From a virus, in the UHGV virus genome UHGV-0242533: a stretch of 64,000 nucleotides of DNA. One strand, 5' to 3'. Position numbers and translations under genes: made by a program. Below, one piece after another: positions 17,333 through 27,152 of this stretch. Position 1 is the first letter of the stretch. The number at the start of each line of letters is the position of its first letter. Below the pieces are notes generated by a model. The model was not told the origin of the DNA, searched no databases, and was given only the letters and a program-made list of their open reading frames with translations.

Positions 17333-18529
17333 ATGTTTCCAGTAACATTAGAAGATACTGAAGGTAATGTTTTAACGGTCAACCCTCCTTGTTATGGGTT
17401 CCTTCAACTTCGCAACTATAATGGTGGCGTTGATGAAGACGACGAAGATGATGACTACTTCGACCCTAACATGTATGAGGCAACTCATGGATGGAATATG
17501 CACGTTCGAGTGTGGCATGAAGAAGCTAACGTTCGTAGTGCTGATGGGGAAGAGTTCCTGTTAAGCCGAGAGATGGATATGTGTAAAATCAAGCATATCT
17601 GGAACTCTGGAACTCATATGAAGATGTTAGGTTTTAGACGTTGGCGTGATGAAAAGCATGTAGCTGAAGCTTTAAGTTGGTGTTCGTATGAAGATGAAGA
17701 CACGCCCCCTAAGAATAACATTGAACGTTGGAACGACAAAAATCCTGAACATCAAACCACACCTCGTGCTGTACTGGAAGCTATGGAAGCATTTGTGGAC
17801 AAAGATCGTCCCTCCTGTTTACGCTGGCACGATAAAGGTTTTATGGGGGTAGCAACTGAAAATGTTCCTGCTGATCGTTGTCTATTCTATTTGATGTTAG
17901 ATCGAACCTTCTATTGTGAAGATGAAGAGAGTCAAGTTGAAACCTTCCTCCACAAATGGTTGGTTGAAGGCTGGACAATCCTTCAGGCTTATGTTTACTC
18001 ACGAATGGTTAGCACTTACACTAACCTCTTAGGGGAAACGAAAGCAACTCTGGTTGGTAATGATTGGGATGCTTGTATCTTCCCAGCGTCGCTGTTTACA
18101 GTCGGCATGGCTGATAAATACGCTGAAGCATTTCAAGTGCCTTGGCGTCAACAGTCATACAGAGATGGATGCGGTCACTTTCGTGATGAAGACTTTAAGT
18201 GGATTCATTATGAGAACGACGAAACAGCAGAATTGCGAGTTAACAACTCAATGTTCTTGCCAGTGATGCACCCCGATCTAGTAAAAGATGGGTCAGAGAT
18301 ACTTAAAGGTGATAATCTTTTGGTTAACTTTACCCGTCGCGTGTCTAAAAATGAGAGAACAGCTAACAGGTTAATCTACGGCATTCGTGCCGAGGCTAAA
18401 GACCTGTTCAACATCTACAACATTGTTCAGCGATTTAGTAGTGGAACTCTGGACCAAAGTTCGGAGTATTCAGTGATTCCGTCCTCTGAGTGGGATGGTA
18501 TTATGAGCGGATTATATTTAGGAAAATAA
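17333..18529 (+). CDS. hypothetical protein (398 aa) with acidic DEDDEDDDY patch
   Basis: Long ORF at head of the amidoligase cluster. Confidence 0.75.
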   Translation: MFPVTLEDTEGNVLTVNPPCYGFLQLRNYNGGVDEDDEDDDYFDPNMYEATHGWNMHVRVWHEEANVRSADGEEFLLSREMDMCKIKHIWNSGTHMKMLGFRRWRDEKHVAEALSWCSYEDEDTPPKNNIERWNDKNPEHQTTPRAVLEAMEAFVDKDRPSCLRWHDKGFMGVATENVPADRCLFYLMLDRTFYCEDEESQVETFLHKWLVEGWTILQAYVYSRMVSTYTNLLGETKATLVGNDWDACIFPASLFTVGMADKYAEAFQVPWRQQSYRDGCGHFRDEDFKWIHYENDETAELRVNNSMFLPVMHPDLVKDGSEILKGDNLLVNFTRRVSKNERTANRLIYGIRAEAKDLFNIYNIVQRFSSGTLDQSSEYSVIPSSEWDGIMSGLYLGK

Positions 18530-18539
18530 AAGGTTAGTT

Positions 18540-19511
18540 ATGTCAATCTCCACAACGATCGTACCTCTTAATCTTCAACAAGATTTAGGGGAACAGAAGT
18601 TCTTAGGTCGTGGGTGCTTCGGTATCCACAACTACATGCAAGGCCAGTGTGTAAATGACATTAATGGTGAAGTTATCACGGAAGAAGGGCGCTATCGTCG
18701 CTTCAACCGCGATATCAACTTGCAACTGGAGATGTTGAATTACTGGACTCACTCTTTTCATGGTCATGTTACATCTGATATTGAAAAGAATTTGGTTGAA
18801 ACAGCAGACATTATGAACTCCATGTCTTGCTATCGTGACGTATTTACGATCACTTCAGCGAATAGTGTTGCTGTCAACCTTCGTGAGCATCCAGCAGATC
18901 AGATCTTCACAGGACTTATGCTTTTCCGTAGCATTCTGGAAGGGCAGTATCGTGGAATGGATTTCCTATCAGAAGGAATTGAAGACAGGGAAGAGTGGCT
19001 GAAGCGTAAACGCATCGGCATCGCTCTAGTGTTAGCTGGGTTGGGTCGTGACTTCTTCGGTGGATGGTCTCAACGAGGAAGAGCCAATGGGAGTAGCGAG
19101 AGCACCTCTATTGTTATTAACAACAATATGTCAGCAGCAGCATTCCTTCCTTTGGTTGTAGACTCTGATGAATACACGAAGCAAGTATGGGTTCAAAACC
19201 CCTTCGGTGTTGGCGACAACGAGAATGGTTATGTTCGTAACCATAACCAAGATGCCTTACGAAGATTTGCTCGTGCTAAAGATCAAGACCCGGACGAGTA
19301 TGAAACAATGTCAGAGTGGTTAAGACTCTGGTCCAACTGTTATGGTCACAAACGTGAAGCAATAGACGACAAGTTGGGAAACATTACAGTACAAAACTTT
19401 ACAGCCCGACTGATTCAAAGAACTGGAGCAGATTCCGGTCTTACTCTTGAAGAAGTTGGTAACACAATCTCATCTCTCTTTTCTGAACTAGTGGAGTATT
19501 ACAATGACTAA
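18540..19511 (+). CDS. hypothetical protein (323 aa)
   Basis: Long ORF. Confidence 0.75.
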   Translation: MSISTTIVPLNLQQDLGEQKFLGRGCFGIHNYMQGQCVNDINGEVITEEGRYRRFNRDINLQLEMLNYWTHSFHGHVTSDIEKNLVETADIMNSMSCYRDVFTITSANSVAVNLREHPADQIFTGLMLFRSILEGQYRGMDFLSEGIEDREEWLKRKRIGIALVLAGLGRDFFGGWSQRGRANGSSESTSIVINNNMSAAAFLPLVVDSDEYTKQVWVQNPFGVGDNENGYVRNHNQDALRRFARAKDQDPDEYETMSEWLRLWSNCYGHKREAIDDKLGNITVQNFTARLIQRTGADSGLTLEEVGNTISSLFSELVEYYND

Positions 19512-20310
19512 GCGCAAATTCCTTATCGGCTCTGACCCTGAAATGTTTGTTCGTACTAGCAATGGTATCATCACTTCTGTAGCCGGTTTATTAGGCTGCT
19601 CTAAGGACGATAAGATCGCTCTGGCTAAGGATGTTCGTCTCCAAGAGGACAACGTACTGGCTGAGTTTGATATTGACCCACAGAGCGGTTTTGAAGCGTT
19701 TAACGATAACATGCAACGTGGTATTGATCTCACCAATAATGTCCTGAACAAACTGGACATGGAAACAGCTCCGGGTGTTAGCTCTCACATCTTCACTGAA
19801 GAAGAGATGAAGACCTTTAATGAATCAGCGTTCATCTTCGGGTGCACTCCTGATTTCAACGCCTTCACTGGTCAGAAAAACCCATCCCCGACTTCTCAGA
19901 ATAAGGGACTTCGTACTGCCGGTGGTCACGTACATCTTGGCGTAGTTGGTGCTTTGGATATCACTCTGCAAACTCAGATGATGCTGGGTGTGTTGTGTGA
20001 CTACTTCCTGTCTCTCCCAGCAGTAATTATGGACAAAGATACTCGCCGTAAAGAACTCTACGGTAAAGCATCTGCAATCCGTTATAAAGACTATGGTATT
20101 GAATACCGTTCTCTGTCTAACTTCTGGATTAGTGATCGTGAAAACCGTAAGTTTGTTTACGATCAGGTTGACAAGGTTGTTCAGCAGTGTGATATGTCCA
20201 CCCTGATGGCATTGCACTCTCGCCTTCCGATTGAGAAGCTTCATGAAATCATTAACGGGAACAACGTTAAAGAAGCTGACCAGCAGATCAAACTCCTTCA
20301 GGTAGCATAA
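19504..20310 (+). CDS. amidoligase (carboxylate-amine ligase, glutamine-synthetase-like superfamily), copy 1
   Basis: GSDPEMF (G-x-acidic-x-E), AGGHVHLGV (H-x-H) and GIEYRS (E-x-R) motifs shared with paralogue 20934..22037. Confidence 0.6.
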   Translation: MTKRKFLIGSDPEMFVRTSNGIITSVAGLLGCSKDDKIALAKDVRLQEDNVLAEFDIDPQSGFEAFNDNMQRGIDLTNNVLNKLDMETAPGVSSHIFTEEEMKTFNESAFIFGCTPDFNAFTGQKNPSPTSQNKGLRTAGGHVHLGVVGALDITLQTQMMLGVLCDYFLSLPAVIMDKDTRRKELYGKASAIRYKDYGIEYRSLSNFWISDRENRKFVYDQVDKVVQQCDMSTLMALHSRLPIEKLHEIINGNNVKEADQQIKLLQVA

Positions 20311-20319
20311 GAGGTTATC

Positions 20320-20937
20320 GTGAGCTTAGTAGCTGATTTTTCTCATTACTATAATGGTACATGGATTGCTAAACGAGCAGGCAATATCAACCTTCCGTGT
20401 TTTGTGATTGGTGTTGAGCAGAGCGGTAACTTCCGCAGCGATGACTTCTCGCATGAAGCAGAACAGGCTCTGTATTTTGTTGTAGAGCAGTGGTACAAGA
20501 ACGAGCATGGGAATCTCCGAAACACTACGATGAATATTCCAGTGTTCGACCCAACCTTGATTCTCGAATCACCTGATGTTGGTTATCTGTTCCATAACGG
20601 TAACACTGTAAGCTGGACTCATATCAATCCTGTTCGTCAGAGAGCGAAGGGTTTGATGGGTAACAAGATTCGAAACGCTCCGGGGATTGGTCGTTCGATC
20701 TCTGGTGAAATGGTTTACAGTCTGTTCAATCCTGAATTTGATGGATTGGTTACTCGTTATATTTACATCAATCCTACAGATGGTAAAGTGCATTATAAAG
20801 GTGCACTGGTAGGTCAGGTAGATCTGGAAGCGCCTCGTGACTCTTACGGTCAACAACCGATGCGACTTCTGGAACATTTTCATCACATCTCTGAAAACCT
20901 TAGCAATTATAATATTACGTTGGTGGATTCGTTATGA
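20320..20937 (+). CDS. hypothetical protein (205 aa)
   Basis: ORF. Confidence 0.65.
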   Translation: MSLVADFSHYYNGTWIAKRAGNINLPCFVIGVEQSGNFRSDDFSHEAEQALYFVVEQWYKNEHGNLRNTTMNIPVFDPTLILESPDVGYLFHNGNTVSWTHINPVRQRAKGLMGNKIRNAPGIGRSISGEMVYSLFNPEFDGLVTRYIYINPTDGKVHYKGALVGQVDLEAPRDSYGQQPMRLLEHFHHISENLSNYNITLVDSL

Positions 20938-22037
20938 CAACTGTAGCGCAAACTTTTGGATATCGAGAAGGTCGTTTAACTGAGGCGCATAGTTCAATTG
21001 CACTTCAGTGCGGTGTCGGTATTGAACTTGAACTCGAAGGTTCTGAACATATCGAAGCAGATATGTGGGATTGCACAGAGGATGGTTCCCTGCGTAACGG
21101 TTGTGAAATGGTATGTTCACGACCTTACAACGGACAGGAGTTGTTAGACGCTATCAACAACCTGAGTGAAGCAGTAGCTGAATCGCACGCCGAGGGGACT
21201 TGGCGTTGCTCTACTCACGTTCATATGGATATGAGGGATGCTGATAGTAATATCCTCAAGAAGACCATCCTTGCTTGGACCTTCTATGAAAAGATGCTGT
21301 TCAAGTGTTCAGGCTACCATCGTTACCGTAGCAATTTCTGCCCTGCGTTTGCAGTGGTACAAGCACAGGTAATGAATGCCTCTGACGCATTTAACTACGA
21401 TGGTGAAGAATTCTTCAACCGTCTGGTTCGTTCATGGGATAAATATACATCTCTGAACCTTCTGCCACTTGCCCAATACGGTTCAATTGAGTTCCGTATC
21501 AGTGAGCCTAAGTGGAAACGTGGTCAACTTCTCAATCTGGTTAACCGCTTCTTGATGTTGAAGAAGCTGGCTTTAGATAACGCAGATATGAGCAATGATC
21601 AGTTTATTGAGCACTTAAATACTGTACGATTTGCCCCAATGCTTCCCTACCTTCCTCTGGATTACAATCTGGATGAATCTGATTTGCATTCAGGATATTG
21701 TATGGCCCGTGATGTTTTGTATTGCCGTTCTCATGAAGTAGAACAGTCTGGTCGTATTCGTTTACGTAGAACTAACTCCAACGGAGATGTTCTTGTTGAC
21801 TTACGTCATATGTCAGACTTCTACGGATTCCTTGGATATGTCCGAGGGAACGCTAACAATTTGTACCAAGAGATTCTGGTTATGCTTCGTACAGCAGACC
21901 TATCTCAAGTAAGACACGCTCCAGAACAGCGTATCCGTGCTATTTTTGACTTACTGCGTGAGTCAGGTCACAGTGATAGCAATATCACAGGGTACATTCC
22001 AGACCATCTGGAAAATCAGTTAGAGCAAGCGCTGTAA
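20934..22037 (+). CDS. amidoligase (carboxylate-amine ligase family), copy 2
   Basis: VGIELELEG, STHVHMD, GSIEFRISE motifs. Confidence 0.65.
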   Translation: MTTVAQTFGYREGRLTEAHSSIALQCGVGIELELEGSEHIEADMWDCTEDGSLRNGCEMVCSRPYNGQELLDAINNLSEAVAESHAEGTWRCSTHVHMDMRDADSNILKKTILAWTFYEKMLFKCSGYHRYRSNFCPAFAVVQAQVMNASDAFNYDGEEFFNRLVRSWDKYTSLNLLPLAQYGSIEFRISEPKWKRGQLLNLVNRFLMLKKLALDNADMSNDQFIEHLNTVRFAPMLPYLPLDYNLDESDLHSGYCMARDVLYCRSHEVEQSGRIRLRRTNSNGDVLVDLRHMSDFYGFLGYVRGNANNLYQEILVMLRTADLSQVRHAPEQRIRAIFDLLRESGHSDSNITGYIPDHLENQLEQAL

Positions 22038-22116
22038 TCAATGGGTGCCTCTGACAAAGGGGCACAATTTAAAGGTTAATTAGATGAAAGGGTTTACCCT
22101 TCAGGTGGATTAGAAA

Positions 22117-24147
22117 ATTTGTGGCATCGTATTAGCTGGCGGTAATCTGTCAAGCACTGATTTAGACGTATTCAACCAACTCTTTTATGCTGGAGTATTC
22201 CGAGGACAACATTCCTCCGGCATCTTTGGTCAGCGTAAAAGCACTAAGGAAGTCTTCACTTATAAAGAAGCTCTTCCTTCTTTCGCATTCATCCTACAAG
22301 ATGAGTACAAGAAGCATACCACTGGTGAAACAGCTTACACTGTAGCACCTTCATGGATTGTTGGTCACAGTCGTCATGCAACGAAAGGTGCAGTTAACGC
22401 CAAGAACGCCCATCCTTTCCAACATGGTAACATCACTCTGGTTCATAATGGAACCTTGATGGACCAAGACCTGTTACCTGACAGTAAAAACTTCGAGGTA
22501 GACAGTGAGAACATCTGCCACTCTATTAACACTATTGGTGCAGCAGAGACTATTCAAAAGCTGGATGGTGCTTTCACCTTAATCTGGCATGATGCTTCTG
22601 ATAACCGTCTTCATATCATCCGTAACGAAGAGCGTCCATTCCATCTCGCACGTTGTAACAGAGATTGGTTTGGTGCTTCTGAAGAAGACATGTTGATGTG
22701 GATTCTGAAGCGTTCTAGATCTCACAAGAACCGTATTGATGAGCATTTTGAATGTAAAGTTGGTACAGAATATATCTTTGATATGTCAAACAACAGCATG
22801 ACTCTGGTTGAAGAGGTCGCCCACGAGCTTCCGGTTTTTACGGTAATCAATCGTTGGGGCAATTACTACTCGAACAACTACAGCCAAAGCAACTATCAAA
22901 GTTCCTCAAAAAGCAATACAAGCAATCCTTACGACACGAAGCCGGGAGTGACAGCGGCAGACGTTCGTCGAAGAAACGCAGTGGTAAGTCAAAACAAAAT
23001 CGCAAGCGATCGAAACATTGATATTCGCCGTGATATGACTGTGGAAATCACACCACATGAGTTTGTTCCTTATGCAGCTGCTGGTGCTGTTCCTTCTCGT
23101 GGTAAGATGATCGGTTATATCTACGATGAGAAGTCTCAAGAGTATATCGAAGGTGATGTTCATAATGTAGACATTAAGGCTTATCAGGATGCACTGAAAG
23201 ACCCTAAAATTGTTTACCGTGGAACAGTATCCTGCATCTCCGAAGTTAATGCTATGGTTCGTTTAGTGATCACAGCAGGTCGTTTTGTTGACCCATCTCT
23301 GGAGAAAAAGGAGCCTGAGTCTACTACTGCTGACTTTGATGATGATATCCCTTTTGACATGAATGATAGTTTCGTCAACAAGAATGGCGTTACTATCACT
23401 CGTAAATTCTGGGAAGCACACTCTCATGGTGACTGTGGTGGTTGTGACAAACACATTGATTGGAAGGACGCACCTAAAGCAGTCTTCGCATATCAGTGCT
23501 ACTGGCATCCTGAATGTCTGGAAGGTTTGACTAAACCTAAAGAGGAAGAAGAGGAGGAAACTCCTATTGGTGTTTGTGAAATCTGCGGTGAAGTTAAAAC
23601 AGAGAATGAGTTCGATGATGAACTTAGTCGTCTTCGTGGTGAAGATATCTGTAAAGTCTGCGCTGTAGAAGTAAAGAAGAAAGTATCTAATGCTACGATC
23701 AAAGATGGTTATGTATGGATTAAAGCAACAGATACAACAAACGCCCGTCGTCCTGAATTTGCTTTACGTGTAACTGAAGATATGATTGGTCGTATGACTG
23801 TATTACCTTCCTCAGCGAAACAGACAGGCATCACTCTGGAGGATGTTGTTGATGCTTATGTTGAGAAACGTAGCAACAGTATTTTTGCAATCTCAACTAA
23901 GCCAAAAAAGGAGGAACCTGCTGAGAAAGCAGGTGTGTTTCCTGAATCACGAACAGCTCTCCGAAAAACTGTTGTCAGCTTCGACGGAAACCGAAGCACT
24001 GACTTCACCAAAGCCATGTGGTCAACCCTCGGATACTGCTCAGAGTGTTTTAAGCAGATTCCGTGGCGCGATGCTGAAAGTTGTACGCTTGGTTCTATGA
24101 ATCAAGTTTATTGTAATTCTCCTAAATGTTCATTGAATAGAGGTTAA
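22117..24147 (+). CDS. class-II (Ntn-type) glutamine amidotransferase domain fused to Cys-rich zinc-ribbon-like C-terminal region
   Basis: C-G-I-V at 22120 then FRGQHSSGIFG, HSRHATKG...NAHPF, HNGTL motifs; frame open only from 22114; the codon before Cys is ATT (22117), preceded by in-frame TAG and a 9-codon ATG ORF (22084); the ORF track shows only the 22456..24147 portion. Confidence 0.75.
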   Translation: MCGIVLAGGNLSSTDLDVFNQLFYAGVFRGQHSSGIFGQRKSTKEVFTYKEALPSFAFILQDEYKKHTTGETAYTVAPSWIVGHSRHATKGAVNAKNAHPFQHGNITLVHNGTLMDQDLLPDSKNFEVDSENICHSINTIGAAETIQKLDGAFTLIWHDASDNRLHIIRNEERPFHLARCNRDWFGASEEDMLMWILKRSRSHKNRIDEHFECKVGTEYIFDMSNNSMTLVEEVAHELPVFTVINRWGNYYSNNYSQSNYQSSSKSNTSNPYDTKPGVTAADVRRRNAVVSQNKIASDRNIDIRRDMTVEITPHEFVPYAAAGAVPSRGKMIGYIYDEKSQEYIEGDVHNVDIKAYQDALKDPKIVYRGTVSCISEVNAMVRLVITAGRFVDPSLEKKEPESTTADFDDDIPFDMNDSFVNKNGVTITRKFWEAHSHGDCGGCDKHIDWKDAPKAVFAYQCYWHPECLEGLTKPKEEEEEETPIGVCEICGEVKTENEFDDELSRLRGEDICKVCAVEVKKKVSNATIKDGYVWIKATDTTNARRPEFALRVTEDMIGRMTVLPSSAKQTGITLEDVVDAYVEKRSNSIFAISTKPKKEEPAEKAGVFPESRTALRKTVVSFDGNRSTDFTKAMWSTLGYCSECFKQIPWRDAESCTLGSMNQVYCNSPKCSLNRG

Positions 24148-24149
24148 GT

Positions 24150-24383
24150 ATGGAAATTCGTAAGATGATGCTGGATAATGTTGTAACTACTCGACGTATC
24201 CCGATGACGAGCACAGGATGTGACAACCTTCGTGCAATCCAGAAGTGGATGCAAGCTGGTATTGGTCAAGTACTTGAAACACAGGTTGAGGTTCCTTTCC
24301 CAACGGTGATCAACAACGTGCTTGCTGATTATGTAAAAATCAAAGGCATTAAGGTAGAACCTCATGTCAAATCTGGTTCCTAA
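24150..24383 (+). CDS. hypothetical protein (77 aa)
   Basis: ORF. Confidence 0.5.
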   Translation: MEIRKMMLDNVVTTRRIPMTSTGCDNLRAIQKWMQAGIGQVLETQVEVPFPTVINNVLADYVKIKGIKVEPHVKSGS

Positions 24384-24588
24384 GAAACCAAAGATCACTC
24401 TCCTACAGTATTACATGGGAGTTCATATCGAATTAGTAACGGAGCAGCGAAAGCTGTATCCGTTCGCTTTCGGTCTGATTGATGCACCATCCGATGAAGT
24501 AGAGAACGATGCGTTCAACGACTACTTCGAAATTGAAGCTCAGATTCAAAAAACTCGTAACGAAATTCTTAAACTTAAAGGTATCTAA
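24364..24588 (+). CDS. hypothetical protein (74 aa)
   Basis: ORF. Confidence 0.5.
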   Translation: MSNLVPKKPKITLLQYYMGVHIELVTEQRKLYPFAFGLIDAPSDEVENDAFNDYFEIEAQIQKTRNEILKLKGI

Positions 24589-24590
24589 CA

Positions 24591-25784
24591 ATGACTACTC
24601 GTATCCGTGTTCTTCCTTATGGTCCTTCTGATTCAGTTCGTGAACTTACTTCTGCAATTAACACTAAGATTCAGGAACTTCGCTTAAACGCTAACGTAAT
24701 GTCTCTGGTATCAGAAGGCTCTCGTTATCGTTCTCGAGTTGGTGATATTGTTGTCAACTATGGAAACCGTCGATACAATGATTCTTTCTTTGGTGGGGCA
24801 ACTGTATTGAACTCTGTGGTTGCCTTGAACCGAGCAGCTAATAAGATTGCAGCATTTAACGCATTGCGTTTAGCTGAAGTTAAAACTGTTGAATACACCA
24901 CTGATCGTGAATTAGCTCTGAACTGGAACCAGAACGAAATTGTTTACGAACGTGCAACATTAACTGGTCACTCTGGTGAAGGTATCACTGTTCGTCTTCC
25001 GACAGAAGGTGTTGCAGATGCCCCTCTATACACCAAAGGTATTCAAGGCCCACGTCGTGAATGGCGTGTTCATGTATTTGAAGGTGTTATCACTTACGTT
25101 CAGAAGAAGATTCGTCGTAATGGATACCGTGATCTGTCAACCTATCGTGAAGACATTCGCAATCACCATACTGGTTGGGTTTATTCCTCAAACTTCCAAG
25201 ATGCACCACCTCCTCAAGTATTGATTCAAGCTCACAAAGCTGTAGAAGCTCTTGGATTGAACTTTGGTGCTGTTGATCTAATAAGCAAAGTTTCTAACGC
25301 TTGGGTTCTGGAAGTAAATACTGCTCCTGGGCTGACTGGTACAACTCTGGAAACTTACACTCATAATATTGTTGAGTTTGTTAAGAGCTTCTCTGGAGTT
25401 GATCCTGATTATCGTGTTGCTTACGAACTGCCTGTTGAAGAAGTGGAAGAGTTTGCTGAATCAGCAGATGACGAGAACTTTGCATTGACAGCTGAACCAG
25501 TTGTTGAAGAGTCTTCGGAGCCTGTTCCTGAAACAATGCAAGTGGAAGAACAAGGGTTAGAGATCAACCCTGTCACCCGTCGTACTTTACGTCGTGGTTA
25601 TTACATCGCTAATATCAAGCACCCTGAGAATGGTTCAACTGTAGCAAGTAATGTGATCTTGTTCTTCTGTGGTCGTAACTTCTACCGCTCTGGGTGGAAC
25701 GCACCGATTAGTGATCGCCAGCTTGGTCGTGTGTTGCAGATTAACAGTCTTACTCTGAATGATGGCACTGTTGTAAACTACTAA
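24591..25784 (+). CDS. ATP-grasp ligase (RimK/glutathione-synthetase-like) with acidic C-terminal extension
   Basis: EWRVHVF and AVDLI...VLEVNTAPGL motifs. Confidence 0.7.
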   Translation: MTTRIRVLPYGPSDSVRELTSAINTKIQELRLNANVMSLVSEGSRYRSRVGDIVVNYGNRRYNDSFFGGATVLNSVVALNRAANKIAAFNALRLAEVKTVEYTTDRELALNWNQNEIVYERATLTGHSGEGITVRLPTEGVADAPLYTKGIQGPRREWRVHVFEGVITYVQKKIRRNGYRDLSTYREDIRNHHTGWVYSSNFQDAPPPQVLIQAHKAVEALGLNFGAVDLISKVSNAWVLEVNTAPGLTGTTLETYTHNIVEFVKSFSGVDPDYRVAYELPVEEVEEFAESADDENFALTAEPVVEESSEPVPETMQVEEQGLEINPVTRRTLRRGYYIANIKHPENGSTVASNVILFFCGRNFYRSGWNAPISDRQLGRVLQINSLTLNDGTVVNY

Positions 25785-25790
25785 GGATAT

Positions 25791-26039
25791 ATGGATATGT
25801 TTTCATTGGAAGATCTAGTACAAAATGGAATGATGGAACAAAAAGAGCCTCTTATTGTAGGCTCTCGTAAAGAGTTGCGTAAATTGTGCGAGGAGTGGGG
25901 TATTACTAATCAGCGAATGGTTGGTAATCAATTCTCTGCAATTGTAACTTTCCTAAAACGTGGTGATAAATACTCTATGGAATGTGTAGAACGTATCATC
26001 ACTGAAGCACAACAAGACAAAGGAGTAACATATCTATGA
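25791..26039 (+). CDS. hypothetical protein (82 aa)
   Basis: ORF. Confidence 0.5.
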   Translation: MDMFSLEDLVQNGMMEQKEPLIVGSRKELRKLCEEWGITNQRMVGNQFSAIVTFLKRGDKYSMECVERIITEAQQDKGVTYL

Positions 26040-26221
26040 ATAAGTATAAAGTTCTGTTTAAAGATACCAATGCCGCTGGTGAAATGCGAGCTATGGACCT
26101 AGATGCTGACATGTTTAACTTCTCTGATGGCAAAGTGGCCTTCTTTCAAGGAAGTGAAGCCGTTGCAGTGTTTGAGAGTGCAGCAATCTGTGGTGTAATC
26201 AAAATCTTTATTACAGAGTAA
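26036..26221 (+). CDS. hypothetical protein (61 aa)
   Basis: ORF. Confidence 0.45.
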   Translation: MNKYKVLFKDTNAAGEMRAMDLDADMFNFSDGKVAFFQGSEAVAVFESAAICGVIKIFITE

Positions 26222-26274
26222 TCTGCTTTAGCCTCTTCGAAAGAGGGGGCTAGTTTGGATAAACTGGAGAATAT

Positions 26275-26454
26275 ATGAAACTTTTTGATGAAAAACACAA
26301 AAAGCAAATGGAAGACAACTCTAAGAAGTTGGAATCCAATCTTCGTAAACGTGTAGCCCAAGGCTCGGATGGTTCTCTGTTCGGAAATATCGGATACTCT
26401 TTTGCCAAGAATCTTTTACATAGTATGGAAACCAGAAAAGTGATAAAGAAATAA
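26275..26454 (+). CDS. hypothetical protein (59 aa)
   Basis: Not in ORF track; ATG 26275 with GGAG RBS. Confidence 0.4.
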   Translation: MKLFDEKHKKQMEDNSKKLESNLRKRVAQGSDGSLFGNIGYSFAKNLLHSMETRKVIKK

Positions 26455-26513
26455 AACAGTTTTCTTTATCTACAACTCATGAACAAATTATTTAACATAG
26501 AAAGGTATTTAAA

Positions 26514-26933
26514 ATGTCAGAAGTAATTTACGTAGCAACTTATGGTTCTCTTCGTCGTGGTCAAGCTAACTATTTAGTTAATGATCGAGCTGGTGCTAAG
26601 TCTATTGGCGAGGGTTGGACTGAAGATAACTTCGATCTGTTCCGTTACGGTGGTTCCTACTTCCCGAGCATCTCTCTCGCACACAGCAATAGCAATAAGC
26701 CTGTTCGTGTAGAAGTGTTTGCTACTGACAAAGCAGGTCTGGAAGGTCCATATGACCGACTGGAAGGTTACAACAAACGTAGCCCTGAAGACAGCTTCTA
26801 TCAGCGTACTCAGATTGCTGTTAAGATGGACTCAGGTGAAACTGTTATCGCTTGGATTTATCACATTGACGAAGAACAAGATGTTCTGGTCGAATCTGGC
26901 GACTGGTCAGAGTATCTGAAAAGTGAATCTTGA
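26514..26933 (+). CDS. gamma-glutamyl cyclotransferase-like (AIG2/GGCT fold) protein
   Basis: N-terminal VATYGSLRRG motif. Confidence 0.65.
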   Translation: MSEVIYVATYGSLRRGQANYLVNDRAGAKSIGEGWTEDNFDLFRYGGSYFPSISLAHSNSNKPVRVEVFATDKAGLEGPYDRLEGYNKRSPEDSFYQRTQIAVKMDSGETVIAWIYHIDEEQDVLVESGDWSEYLKSES

Positions 26934-27126
26934 GAAAAGACAGGCTCTTCGGAGACTTGAAGCCAAGTATTTAATGCTACGGTGCAAAATCAACCGACAT
27001 GAACGTTTCGTTGAAGCTGCACAATCTAAAAACTTTGAATCATCAGTGGAGATGTTCAAGACCCAACTTTCTTTTTATAGGAAAGAACAGGAACAAGTGT
27101 GGGATGAAATTCGTTCGTTCTACTAA
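26923..27126 (+). CDS. hypothetical protein (67 aa)
   Basis: ORF. Confidence 0.45.
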   Translation: MNLEKRQALRRLEAKYLMLRCKINRHERFVEAAQSKNFESSVEMFKTQLSFYRKEQEQVWDEIRSFY

Positions 27127-27152
27127 GCTCAAGGATTCCAAGGAGGAAGAGC

